Positions 1-9,805 of a stretch of DNA of 64,000 nt are shown here, one piece after another. Where the stretch lies: the NCBI GenBank assembly GCA_963785725.1, contig CAWAWS010000020.1:224001-288000 (forward strand), in the 5' to 3' direction. Under the pieces are notes generated by a model. It worked only from the letters and a program-made list of their open reading frames with translations. It was not told the DNA's origin and made no database searches. Position numbers and translations under genes: made by a program. Each line of letters begins with the position of its first letter. The first letter of the stretch is position 1. This DNA comes from an uncultured delta proteobacterium. Its GTDB lineage: Bacteria; Myxococcota_A; Polyangia; Palsa-1104.

Positions 1-54
1 CGGGCAGCGGCTTGCGGCCGCGCGGCGCCTTCGTCTTCTTCGCCATAGCGCGCA

Positions 55-822
55 TTACGCCCGTTCGTGCGCCAGTTGCCAAGCCTGCTCCCGAGTTTGA
101 ATGACGCCCGTCCACACGAGCACGCGCATCACCTGCCAGCACGGGTCGATCTCGAACCAGCGCACCGCGAAATTAGGGCGCTGACCGTACTTGTGATGGT
201 TGTTCTGGAACAGCTCGCCCATCGTCAAGAAGTCGAACGGCAGCGTGTTGCGGCTGTCATCGCGCAAGTCGAAGTTGCGATAGCCGTACATATGGCCGGC
301 CCAGTTGACGATGGCGCCGTGAATCGGACCCATCACGAAGTGCACCGGCAAAAGCAGCAGCCACCAGGCGTTGGGCATGAAGTGCAGATAGAACAGCACG
401 TAGAGCGTGCCGAGCGCGATCCGCGTCGTCCACTGCTGCGACAGCCGATCGATCGCCTGCCACTCGGGCACGTCGCCGTCGAAGCGCGCTTCGGGCTCGA
501 CGCGGCGATAGGCGTAGCCGTCGTAGCGCGCCTTGGTGTGCCACATCATCGCCGCCGCGTTCGGATGGAACAGCGGCGAATGCGGATCGCGCTCGGTGTC
601 GGCGAACGCGTGATGCTCGCGGTGCAAGATCGCGTAGGCGCGCGGGATGAGAAACGACGGCCCCTGCGCGACGAACGAGAACAGGTAGAAGAAGCGCTCC
701 CAGCCGGCGCTCATCGTGAACATCTTGTGCGCGCCGTAGCGATGGAGAAAGAACGTCTGCGCGAAGATCGAGAGAATCCAGTGCGCGAAGAAGAAGATCA
801 GAATCGGTGCCATCGACGCCAT
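55..822 (-). CDS. Membrane-bound fatty acid (acyl-CoA delta-9-type) desaturase
   Basis: Three His boxes HRYGAH, HREHH, QNNHH; hydrophobic helices; C-terminal WFEIDP motif. Start could be 813. Confidence 0.9.
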   Translation of the reverse strand: MASMAPILIFFFAHWILSIFAQTFFLHRYGAHKMFTMSAGWERFFYLFSFVAQGPSFLIPRAYAILHREHHAFADTERDPHSPLFHPNAAAMMWHTKARYDGYAYRRVEPEARFDGDVPEWQAIDRLSQQWTTRIALGTLYVLFYLHFMPNAWWLLLLPVHFVMGPIHGAIVNWAGHMYGYRNFDLRDDSRNTLPFDFLTMGELFQNNHHKYGQRPNFAVRWFEIDPCWQVMRVLVWTGVIQTREQAWQLAHERA

Positions 823-920
823 TGGGTGCCACTCCTTTGCTGTGCTAATTCGTAATATTTTGTCATACGAAAAACAAGCGTAATCGTACGCGCTCGTCGC
901 TGACGCGCTATGATTTGGGC

Positions 921-1262
921 ATGGTCGAGCTGCGCCTCGTCGGTCTGCTGCTCGGCGGCTTCGTCGTCGTGCCGTGGCTGTTGGCGATGGCGCCGTGGGA
1001 AGTGACGTTCGGCCTCGGCATTGCGCTCGTCGTCGTCGGCATGGCCGTCGGTGTGCCGGCGGGCGCGCTCTATCACCTGCGGCTGTGGCAGACGCTCAAG
1101 CCGGCGCGACGCTGGTGGGTGAATCCGACGGCGCTGCACGCGCAGCTCGAAGGCGCGAGCCGCGCGCGCGTGCTCTTCTGGTTTCGCTTCGGCGCCGTCG
1201 GCTTCGTGATCGCGATCGCGGGCTGCGCGCTGGTGGCGGTGGGCGTCATCCGCGCGGGCTGA
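921..1262 (+). CDS. Small membrane protein (about 3 TM), unknown function
   Basis: Hydrophobic ORF; ATG at 921 lies 6 nt after TATGAT. Confidence 0.6.
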   Translation: MVELRLVGLLLGGFVVVPWLLAMAPWEVTFGLGIALVVVGMAVGVPAGALYHLRLWQTLKPARRWWVNPTALHAQLEGASRARVLFWFRFGAVGFVIAIAGCALVAVGVIRAG

Positions 1263-1275
1263 GCTTCGTATGCCG

Positions 1276-3051
1276 CTACTTGTGCATCGAGACGAGGAAG
1301 TCGGCCGGCGGCAGCGTCACCGTCGCGCCGATCGCCGGCAGCGTGAACGGCGCGTAGCGCTGCACCGACCAGCGGGCGAAATAGAGCGACGGATCGGTCA
1401 GCGGCACGTCGAAGCGAAAGCGGGCGGAGGCGGGACGGCCGTCGGCGGTCGTCGACAGGACGTCGACGTGCATGCCGGTGAGGTCGATGTGCGCGTGCGG
1501 CGGCAGCGGACGGCTGCGCAGCATGTACTCGCTGATCCGCGGCATGAAGCCGCCGACGGGCGTCACGACCAGCGTGTGCTCGTCTTCGCGGGTGACGGTG
1601 ACGCTGTCGTGCGTCGACGTGAGCCAGCGAAACGTCGGGAGCGGCACGCCGAGCGCGGCGCGGCGCGAGGCGAGATAGCCGGCGAAGAAGTCGGCCGGCG
1701 GATTGACGAGCACGACCGTGCGGCCGGCGATGTCGGGCGTCGACGGCAGCGACTCGTCGGCGCGCGACAGCGGGATGTTCACCGCCTCCATCGAGCGCGA
1801 GCGCAAGACCAGCTGCGGCGGGGCCAGGATGACGTGTAGGAGCAGCAGCACGACGAAGCCGGACCAGCCCCACAGTCCACGCGGCGGGGTCAACAGGAAC
1901 TGCGCCACCACCGCCATCGCGCCGATGCCGACGAACCAGAGCAGGCGATCGGCGGGGAACGTGGAGCTGATGGGCACGACGGCGAAGAGCGCGCCGGTGG
2001 CGAAGAAGCGCGCCGTGCGATCGCGACGCACGACCGGAATGAGCTGTGCGACGACGAAGACGACGGACGTGAGCGCGACGACGAAGGCGATCTTCGCCGC
2101 CCGCGCGCCGATGTACGGCCACATGGCGGTCAGATCGGACCAGGGCAAGGAGAGCTGTCCGGCCAGCAAGTAGAGCGCGCGCGACGGCAGCGCGGTCACG
2201 AAGGCGCGCGGATCGTGCGCGGGGTCGACGTAGACGCCGGAGTTGGCCGTGCCGTAGCCGAGGTGGACGTAGATGGCGCGCCAGACGATGATGACGGCGA
2301 GGTAGGGCCACAGCCGCGCCAAGCGCGCGACGAGGCGGCCGCGATCGAGCCAGAGCGCGTGCGCGACCAGGTAGCCGACGACGGCCAGCGCCGACTCGCC
2401 GGCGCCGAGCGCGACGCCGAGGAGGGCCGGCGCCAGCCACGCGCCGGCGCGCCAGCCGTCGCGTCGCCAGCGGTCGTGCACCACCAGCACCGGCAGCGCC
2501 AACGACATCGCCACCATCGCGTTGCGGTTGGCGATCCAGCCGACGGGCTGGCCGTGCGCGTCGTCGAGCGCGTAGAGCAGCGTCGCCAGTCCGGCCACGG
2601 CCGGGTCGGCGTAGAAGCGGCGATAGACCCAAGCCACCGCCGCCAGCGCCAGCGCAAACCACACGAGGTTGTGCAGGTGCATGAGGAACGGCGAGTTGGG
2701 CCAGGCGTGCCAGTCGATGAAATGCGTCAGCGACGAGATGGGGCGGAAGAAGGCGAGCTTGACGTCGGGATCGGCCCACCACGGGTACATGCCCGCGTTC
2801 ATGGCCGCGCGGTTGCCGCCGGCGCTATGCCCGGCGAACGAGAAGAGGTCGAGCGAGCTCGCGGGAAGGCCGGGCAGACGCGACTGCCAGCCGCGGCCGA
2901 CGACCACCTGGATCCAGTCGTCGGCCACGAGGCCAATCGTCAGCGACGGCGCCACCAAGGCCACCGCCAGCGCGATGACACAAAGAGGCGACCATCGCCA
3001 CGAGAGCGCGCGTCTAATAATGCCGTTCGAGGACGTACCAGCCGAAGGCAC
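1276..3051 (-). CDS. Multi-pass membrane protein, GT-C-fold glycosyltransferase-like
   Basis: ADD acidic motif after first TM, FFRP motif, HLHNL, GES and DR motifs, more than 10 TM segments, soluble C-terminal domain. Start uncertain; overlaps the end of the upstream gene. Confidence 0.6.
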   Translation of the reverse strand: MPSAGTSSNGIIRRALSWRWSPLCVIALAVALVAPSLTIGLVADDWIQVVVGRGWQSRLPGLPASSLDLFSFAGHSAGGNRAAMNAGMYPWWADPDVKLAFFRPISSLTHFIDWHAWPNSPFLMHLHNLVWFALALAAVAWVYRRFYADPAVAGLATLLYALDDAHGQPVGWIANRNAMVAMSLALPVLVVHDRWRRDGWRAGAWLAPALLGVALGAGESALAVVGYLVAHALWLDRGRLVARLARLWPYLAVIIVWRAIYVHLGYGTANSGVYVDPAHDPRAFVTALPSRALYLLAGQLSLPWSDLTAMWPYIGARAAKIAFVVALTSVVFVVAQLIPVVRRDRTARFFATGALFAVVPISSTFPADRLLWFVGIGAMAVVAQFLLTPPRGLWGWSGFVVLLLLHVILAPPQLVLRSRSMEAVNIPLSRADESLPSTPDIAGRTVVLVNPPADFFAGYLASRRAALGVPLPTFRWLTSTHDSVTVTREDEHTLVVTPVGGFMPRISEYMLRSRPLPPHAHIDLTGMHVDVLSTTADGRPASARFRFDVPLTDPSLYFARWSVQRYAPFTLPAIGATVTLPPADFLVSMHK

Positions 3052-5269
3052 GCAACATCACTTTCGAGATCGAGTCGGCCAACAGCGGCTCGGCGGCGTT
3101 CCACGCGCTCTCGACGAGCTCGGTGGCGCGATCGGCGCACGCTTGAATCGCGCCGCAGGTCTCCAGCCGCTCGACGACCGAGGAGACGATGACCGGATCG
3201 GTCGGCTTCGACGCCAACGTCGCGAACAGCTCTTGGCGCTGGGCGCGATCGAGCAAGCCCATCGCCGTCGCGACGGGGAGCGTGATGGTGCCGTTGGTGA
3301 CGTCTTCGCCACGAGACTTCAGGTTACCCTTGAAGCCGCGCAAGTTCAGCACGTCATCGACGATCTGGAACGCCAAGCCCAGCGACTCGAAGAAGCGGCC
3401 GACCGCTTCGATCTGCGCTTCGGAGCCGCCGCCGCACAACGCGCCCATGCGCGCCAAGCAGCCGGCCGGAACGCCCGCCTTCAGACGATGCGTCGCCAGC
3501 ACGCGCGACTCGAGCAGCGAGGCGTCGCCGCTCTCGACGATCGACGGCAGCATGCCGTGCAAGCTGTCGATGTCGAGCGCTTGACCGGCGTGACCGGCGC
3601 GCATGACCTCGAAGAACAGCTCGTAGCAGCGCACGCGCGCCGCCGGCGAAATGTCGAGCGTGCGCAAGAGGCGCTCGGTCACGAAGTAGGCCGCCGTGCC
3701 CGCGTTGATGGCGAGCGGCTCACCGTACGTGATGTGCGCCGCCGGACCGCCGCGCCGCACCGTCGAGCGATCCTGCACGTCGTCGACGATGAGCGAGCCC
3801 ACGTGCATCAGCTCCGCCATCGCCAGCCACTGCAGGTACTTGCGCGAATCGCCGCCGACGACGTCGCACGCCGCCAAAGCCGCGTACGAACGCCACGACT
3901 TGCCGCCGCGATCGCTGATGGCGCGAATGGGCTCGAGGAGCGCGCGCGACAGCTGCTGCAAGTCCACGCCGTCGACGTAGTGGCCGCGCCCTTCGGACGC
4001 GATCAGGTTCTCGGCCTGCTCGCGCGTCAGCTCGAGCGGAATGGCCTTGGCCACCTCGGCGCGGACTTCCTTGCCGACCGCCGAGAAGAATTCGTCGAGG
4101 TCGTGCACCGACTCGAAGCCCGAGCGCTCGACGTAACCGACGCCGTGCACCGGATGGCCGTTGCGGCTGCCGACGATCTCGGTGCGGCCTTCCCAAAACG
4201 CCGGCTTCGAGATCGTCGTCAGGAACTCTTGATCGGCGAAGGCGGCGTTGATGCTGAGCTCGAGCTTCTCCGCCGGCACCGTCAGCTGCCAGCGCGTCGG
4301 ATAGTCGTTGAACATGCGCTTGGAGCGCCAGCTCTCGAGCGGCTTGAGCGTCATGTCCTTGTGCGAACGGAACTGCCCGTCGGAGTCGCTGGCGACGGCC
4401 CACTGATGCAGCACTTCGCCGTCGGCGACGCGCACGAGCGAGTACGCCGAGATGTCCGTGCCGTCGTCGAGCTGCACGGCGGCCCAGTTCCAGGCGATGT
4501 CGACGCGCTTCTCCTTCTCGAGGTCGGCGTCGGCCGTCGGCTGCTTCTGCTGCAGATCGCTGAAGAAGCCGCCGAACTCGTGATCGTACCAGCCTTGACC
4601 GGCGACGATCGGCTGCGCGCGACCGTCGAGCGTCACCGCGCCCGTGACCGAGCAGCGCGGGATGAAGTAGTAGAACATCTCTTCGCCGTTGACGCCGCGG
4701 ACGACGCCGTCGTCGCCGTGACGCGCCGGCGTCTTGCCGGGAACGAACGTCAGCTCGACGGCGACTTGCTCGTTGGCGACCTGCAGCCGATAGCTGCCGT
4801 CGTCGTTCTTGGCGAAGCGCGCGCCGCCGAAGTCGAGCTCGAGCCGCCGCTCGCCGATGTAGACGGGCGCGTCGAACATGCGATCGGGCGCCGGCACGTG
4901 ACCGCGCTCGAGGATCTCGGCGATGGCGCGATTGAGCCGCGGATCGCGCGAGCCGCGACCCTGCTTGATGCGATCGAGGCCCATCTTCGGCGCCGACGGA
5001 TCGACGCGCGAATCGGAGACGTAGGTCTTGTGGTCGAGATCCGACAGCGCCCACGTCACTGAATGCGCGTATTCCGGCTGCTTCGTCTCCGCATTCTTTC
5101 CTTTGACGATGCGGAAGAACGCCGCGAACAGAGACAGACGGCGACCGTCCGCGCTCTGAAAATGCGTGTTCATGTACCACCATTCGGTGGTCGACGAGCG
5201 ATGCGGAAGGTCGTGCACGCCCAGATCAATCGGACCCGGCTGCGGCCAATCAGCGGGGAAACGGCTCAT
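3014..5269 (-). CDS. Fusion: AttH/CrtC-like (lipocalin-fold) domain + trans-polyprenyl diphosphate (GGPP-type) synthase
   Basis: N-half: H..EWWY.N, GWYDHEFG, WNW, YPTRW, DQE, FWEG, GYVE. C-half: RGGK, SLIVDDVQD..RRG, GQALDI, FQIVDDVLN. Confidence 0.85.
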   Translation of the reverse strand: MSRFPADWPQPGPIDLGVHDLPHRSSTTEWWYMNTHFQSADGRRLSLFAAFFRIVKGKNAETKQPEYAHSVTWALSDLDHKTYVSDSRVDPSAPKMGLDRIKQGRGSRDPRLNRAIAEILERGHVPAPDRMFDAPVYIGERRLELDFGGARFAKNDDGSYRLQVANEQVAVELTFVPGKTPARHGDDGVVRGVNGEEMFYYFIPRCSVTGAVTLDGRAQPIVAGQGWYDHEFGGFFSDLQQKQPTADADLEKEKRVDIAWNWAAVQLDDGTDISAYSLVRVADGEVLHQWAVASDSDGQFRSHKDMTLKPLESWRSKRMFNDYPTRWQLTVPAEKLELSINAAFADQEFLTTISKPAFWEGRTEIVGSRNGHPVHGVGYVERSGFESVHDLDEFFSAVGKEVRAEVAKAIPLELTREQAENLIASEGRGHYVDGVDLQQLSRALLEPIRAISDRGGKSWRSYAALAACDVVGGDSRKYLQWLAMAELMHVGSLIVDDVQDRSTVRRGGPAAHITYGEPLAINAGTAAYFVTERLLRTLDISPAARVRCYELFFEVMRAGHAGQALDIDSLHGMLPSIVESGDASLLESRVLATHRLKAGVPAGCLARMGALCGGGSEAQIEAVGRFFESLGLAFQIVDDVLNLRGFKGNLKSRGEDVTNGTITLPVATAMGLLDRAQRQELFATLASKPTDPVIVSSVVERLETCGAIQACADRATELVESAWNAAEPLLADSISKVMLRAFGWYVLERHY

Positions 5270-5424
5270 GTGCAGTAAGTCGCCTCAAGCGCACGATCGG
5301 GACACGCGGCTGCGGAATTTTCCCGTCAGAAACACGAATTCGTAACGCTTGTGCTGCTCACTACAATTAGGTACCAAAATCGTCACAAATGCGCACGGGC
5401 GTGCTCGCGCTATGATGCGAGCGG

Positions 5425-6348
5425 ATGCGCGCGGTCAAGCCGCTGTTGGCGCTGGCAGGCATGGCGCTGCTCGGGTTCATGCTGTCGAAGCTGTCGCGTG
5501 TCGAGCTGGCCGCGGATCTGGCGCGCGTCGGACCCTGGGCGCTGCTGACGCCGCTGCTCGCAGGCGGCTGGCTCTACGGCAACGCGATGGCGCTCTACGT
5601 ATTTCTACCGCCCGCTGTCTCGAAGTGGGGACTGTGGCGCAATCGCTTCGTGTCCGAGGGCTACAACAATTTGCTGCCGCTGCTCGGGCTCGGCGGCGAA
5701 GGCTTCAAAGTGCGCCATCTTCAGCGCACGATTCCGCTCGACGAGGCGGTGACGGCGACGCTCAAGGAGCGGCTCGTCGACAGCGTGCTCGGCTTGTGGC
5801 AGCCGGCGGCGTGCGTGGCGCTGGGCGCGATCGTGCTGCCGCTGCCGCGCGCCGGACACGACGCGGCCGTCGCCTCGGCGGTGGGTTCGTTCGCGCTCGG
5901 CTGCGTCGCGCTGGCGGCGATCTTCACGCCCTGGCCCTATCGCCTCGCCGCGCGCGCCACGCGACTCCTCGGCGGCAAAGTGGCCACGAGCGACGCGCCG
6001 GCGCCGCGCCCCAAGCTCGGCGTGCGCGCGACGATCGCATCCGTCGGCTGGATGCTCGTCGGCCGCGTCCTCGGCGTCTGCGAGATCGGCCTCATCATGT
6101 GGCGGCTCGGTCACGCGCCGTCGATCGTCGAATGGATCTTCTTGTACGGCGCGTTCGGCGTCGTGGGCACGATCGCCTGGCCGGTGCCGGGCAATCTCGG
6201 CGTCAACGAAGCGGCGTCGATGCTGCTGTTTCAGTGGCTGGGATTGCCGCAAGCGGACGGCATGGCGCTGGCGCTGGTGCGGCGCGCGCGCCTCTTGTTC
6301 GTCAGCTCGTGTGGTGTGGCGCTGTTTGCGGCGGAGCGGCGGCGCTGA
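5425..6348 (+). CDS. Lysylphosphatidylglycerol-synthase TM / flippase-like membrane protein (UPF0104 type)
   Basis: NNLLP..GGE..K, ERLVD and PGNLGVNE motifs, multiple TMs. Confidence 0.75.
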   Translation: MRAVKPLLALAGMALLGFMLSKLSRVELAADLARVGPWALLTPLLAGGWLYGNAMALYVFLPPAVSKWGLWRNRFVSEGYNNLLPLLGLGGEGFKVRHLQRTIPLDEAVTATLKERLVDSVLGLWQPAACVALGAIVLPLPRAGHDAAVASAVGSFALGCVALAAIFTPWPYRLAARATRLLGGKVATSDAPAPRPKLGVRATIASVGWMLVGRVLGVCEIGLIMWRLGHAPSIVEWIFLYGAFGVVGTIAWPVPGNLGVNEAASMLLFQWLGLPQADGMALALVRRARLLFVSSCGVALFAAERRR

Positions 6349-6811
6349 CGGCTTCGTCGACGGCGTCGACGCCGAGCGGCTCCTCGCGTGACGAACGATC
6401 GCGAAACACGAAGTAGCGGTGCATCGGGAAGTTCCACAGCATGCCGACGACGACGCTCAACAGCACGCGCGCCAAGATGTAGTTGAGGCCGAGCGCCACG
6501 AACAGCTTCTCGCCGCGCGAGTTGAAGATGAGGCTCAGCGTCGAGACGAAGGCGTAGCGCAGCGCTTGGCCGCGGATGTCGCCGTGTGCCGACTGAAAGA
6601 CCCAGCGCCGGCCGAGCGTGAAGCTGATGACGGCGCCGAACAGCGAGCCGATGGCCGTCGCCATCGCCGGCGTCAGGCCGAGGCCGCTCTTGCACACGAT
6701 CATGACGGCGAAGTCGACGGCGGTGGCCGCCGCGGCCGAGATCTGATGCTGGCTGAACACGAACAGCGTGCGCCGCTTGTGCTTCGTTGGCACCTGTCGA
6801 GTCTGAAGCAT
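6302..6811 (-). CDS. GtrA-family membrane protein (putative polyprenyl-P-sugar flippase)
   Basis: C-terminal part of ORF 6302..7432 from ATG 6811: ATAVDF, FTLGRRWVF, QALRY, WNFPMHRYFVF; 4 TM. Confidence 0.8.
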   Translation of the reverse strand: MLQTRQVPTKHKRRTLFVFSQHQISAAAATAVDFAVMIVCKSGLGLTPAMATAIGSLFGAVISFTLGRRWVFQSAHGDIRGQALRYAFVSTLSLIFNSRGEKLFVALGLNYILARVLLSVVVGMLWNFPMHRYFVFRDRSSREEPLGVDAVDEAVSAAAPPQTAPHHTS

Positions 6812-6879
6812 CACGGCGCCGCCGACAACCGCAGCCGCGGCCACGCGCGAAGCGACGTGCGAGAGATCACGACCCGCCG

Positions 6880-7932
6880 CTACTTTTGGACGTTCGCGAG
6901 GCCGTGCAGCGCGGGCGCGAGCGACATCTCGACGCAGCCGGAGCGCGACGAGGCGTAAGCGGTCTCGATCACGCGCACGCACAAGGCGGCGTCGCGCGCG
7001 TCGGGCCCGACGTATTCGCCGGCGTCGATGGCGGCGCCGAAGCGGTCGAGCACCGAGCCGAACCACTCTTTGTGGCTGGCGTCGCCCCAATGCGACGCGA
7101 TCGAGCGGCGCTCGACAGGCTGGCCTTTGACGGCGACCTCGATGTCGTCGTCCTCGAGCTTGATGGCGCCGCGATCGCCGTGGATGGTGTAGATGACCTT
7201 GCGCACGGCCGCGTTCCACGTCAGGCGCGCCATCGCGACGCCGGTGGGAAACGTCAGCGTGCACGTGAAGTTGTCTTCGGTGTCGTAAGCGCCCGTCGAC
7301 GACATCTTGGCCGTGATCGAGAGCGGATCGCCGCCCAGCCAGTCGAACACGAGGTAGAACGTGTGCGCGCCGTGATCCATGGCGATGCCGCCGCCGGCCC
7401 AGCCGCGAATGCGGCGCCAGTCGGGCAGCCACTCGGACACGCCGCGCGCGTGCTGCGTGCGAAACGTGTCGAGCGTGACGAGGTTGACGGCGCCGATGCG
7501 ACCGGAGTCGATGATGTCGCGCACGGCACGCATCGACGGCGCGAACTTGTAATTGTGGATGGGGAAGAACGTCCGTTTACAGCGGTGCGCTTCCGACAGC
7601 ACCATCTCGGCTTCGTGCAGCGACGCCGCCAACGGCTTCTCGCACAAGACGTTCATGCCGCGCTGCATGGCGGCGCAGGCGATCGACGCGTGATCGCGCG
7701 GGGGCGTGGCGATGTCGACGAAGTCGAGGTGCTTCTCGCCGGCGAAGAGCGCCGCCGCGTCCTCGTAAATGCGCGCGTTCGGCAGGAGCTTACGGGCGAG
7801 CTCGCGGCGCGGGCCGCAGACGTCGGCGACGGCGGCGATGCTGAAGTCGCGGCGTGTCAAATAGGCGGGTAAATGCCCCTTCTCGGCAATGAACCCGAAC
7901 CCGATGATCGCGCCTTGGCGACCGGACGACAT
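6880..7932 (-). CDS. Gfo/Idh/MocA family NAD(P)-dependent oxidoreductase
   Basis: IIGFGFIA Rossmann motif, IATPP..H, CEKP, GGGIAMDHGAH. Confidence 0.9.
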   Translation of the reverse strand: MSSGRQGAIIGFGFIAEKGHLPAYLTRRDFSIAAVADVCGPRRELARKLLPNARIYEDAAALFAGEKHLDFVDIATPPRDHASIACAAMQRGMNVLCEKPLAASLHEAEMVLSEAHRCKRTFFPIHNYKFAPSMRAVRDIIDSGRIGAVNLVTLDTFRTQHARGVSEWLPDWRRIRGWAGGGIAMDHGAHTFYLVFDWLGGDPLSITAKMSSTGAYDTEDNFTCTLTFPTGVAMARLTWNAAVRKVIYTIHGDRGAIKLEDDDIEVAVKGQPVERRSIASHWGDASHKEWFGSVLDRFGAAIDAGEYVGPDARDAALCVRVIETAYASSRSGCVEMSLAPALHGLANVQK

Positions 7933-8187
7933 GGTGGGGAGACGTACCGGAACGACCGACCAGTGTCAAGTCGGCGCCCGTAAAGCAACAGACGTGTGAG
8001 GCGGCCTTACGATGTAGCGCGCCTATTAATGAGGCGCGCCCTGGAAGTCGCGGCGCCGGCAGAGTCAATCGCGCCCTTCTCCTCCCGGCTCTGTGTGCAC
8101 GAATTTTACATATCGAGCTGGGCGTCGCCGGCGCGAGACAGGGCGCGGTCGCCTCGGCGCCGGTGGCAGCTGTGCTAGCGTTTTGCC

Positions 8188-9805
8188 ATGCGCACGCATG
8201 ACGTGGTCAATCAGCCGCCGCCGCTCGTCGACTATGACGTCTTCGCCGGCGATCGCGCGCTCGGCGAGGCGGTCGAGCGCGAAGGCGCCGGCTGGGCCAA
8301 GGAGCGGCTGCACGCGCTCGGGCGGCTCGCCGGCGGTGACGCGATCGCGTGGGGGCAGCAGGCGAACAAGTACACGCCCGAGCTGCACGCGTTCGACCGC
8401 TACGGCCATCGCGTGGACGAGGTGGAATATCACGGCGCCTGGCACGCGCTCATGAAGGCGGGCGTCGAAGCGGGGCTGCACGCGTCGCCGTGGCGCGAGC
8501 CGCGCGTCGGCGCGCACGTCGCGCGCGCGGCCGGCTTCATGGTGCTGACGCAGGCCGAGGCGGGCTTCGGCTGTCCCATTTCGATGACCTACTCGGCGGT
8601 GCCGGCGCTGCGGGCGACGCCGGAGCTGGCGCGGCAGTGGGAGCCGCGGCTGACGTCGCTCCACTACGACCCGCGCAATCGGCCGGCGCACGAAAAGACG
8701 GGCGCGCTCTCGGCATGGCGATGACCGAGAAGCAGGGCGGCTCCGACGTGCGCGCCAACTCGACGCGCGCCACCCGCAACGGCGACGGCAGCTACACGCT
8801 CGTCGGCCACAAGTGGTTCTGCTCGGCGCCGATGTGCGACGTGTTCTTGACCTGGCGCAGACCGATCGCGGGCTCGGCTGTTTCTTGGTCCCGCGCTGGC
8901 TGCCCGACGGCACGAAGAACCGCATGCACCTGCAGCGGCTCAAGGACAAGCTCGGCAATCGCTCGAACGCCTCGAGCGAGGTCGAATTCGACGGCGCGTG
9001 GGCGCAGCTCGTCGGCGAAGAGGGCCGCGGCGTGCCGACGATCATCGAGATGGTCAACCACACGCGCCTCGACTGCTGCATCGGCGCGGCGGCGGGCATG
9101 CGCATCGGCGTAACGCAGGCGCTGCATCACGCGTCGCACCGCACGGCGTTCGGCAAGCGGCTCGTCGATCAGCCGCTGATGCAGAACGTCTTGTGCGACT
9201 TGGCGCTCGAGTCGGAAGCGGCGACGGCGACGATGGCGCGGCTGGCGCGCGCCTACGACGAGGCGCAGCACGATCCCGAGGCGCGCCGCTTCGCGCGCCT
9301 GGCGACGGCCGTGTGCAAGTATTGGCTGTGCAAGCGCGCGCCGGCGCACGCGGCCGAGGCGCTCGAGTGTCTCGGCGGCAACGGCTACGTCGAGGAGTCG
9401 AATCTGCCGCGGCTTTATCGCGAGGCGCCGCTCAACTCGATCTGGGAAGGCTCGGGCAACGTCATCTGCCTCGATGTTTTGCGGGCGATGCACAAAGATC
9501 CGGCGGCGGTCGAGCTGTTCTTCGGCGAGGTCGCGCGCGCCGACGAGCCGCGCCTGACGCGCGCGGTGACGGCGCTGCAGCGCGAGCTCGGCGACCTCGA
9601 CGGCATCGAGACGCGCGCGCGGCGCATCGTCGAGCGGCTGGCGATCGTCTTACAGGCGTCGCTGCTGTTGCGGCACGCGCCGCAGGCGGTGTCGTCGGCG
9701 TTCCTGACCTCGCGGCTCGACGGCGATCGCGGTCTCGCGTTCGGCACGCTGCCGCCGGGCGTCGACTGCGACGCGATCTTGGCGCGCGCCGCCGTCAGTC
9801 GCTGA
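8188..9805 (+). CDS. aidB: AidB-type acyl-CoA dehydrogenase (two apparent single-base deletions near 8710 and 8852)
   Basis: THDVVNQPPPL start, GCPISMT, MAMTEKQGGSDV, GHKWFCSAPMCD, RLKDKLGNRSNASSEVEF, EAPLNSIWEGSGN spread over three frames. Confidence 0.85.
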
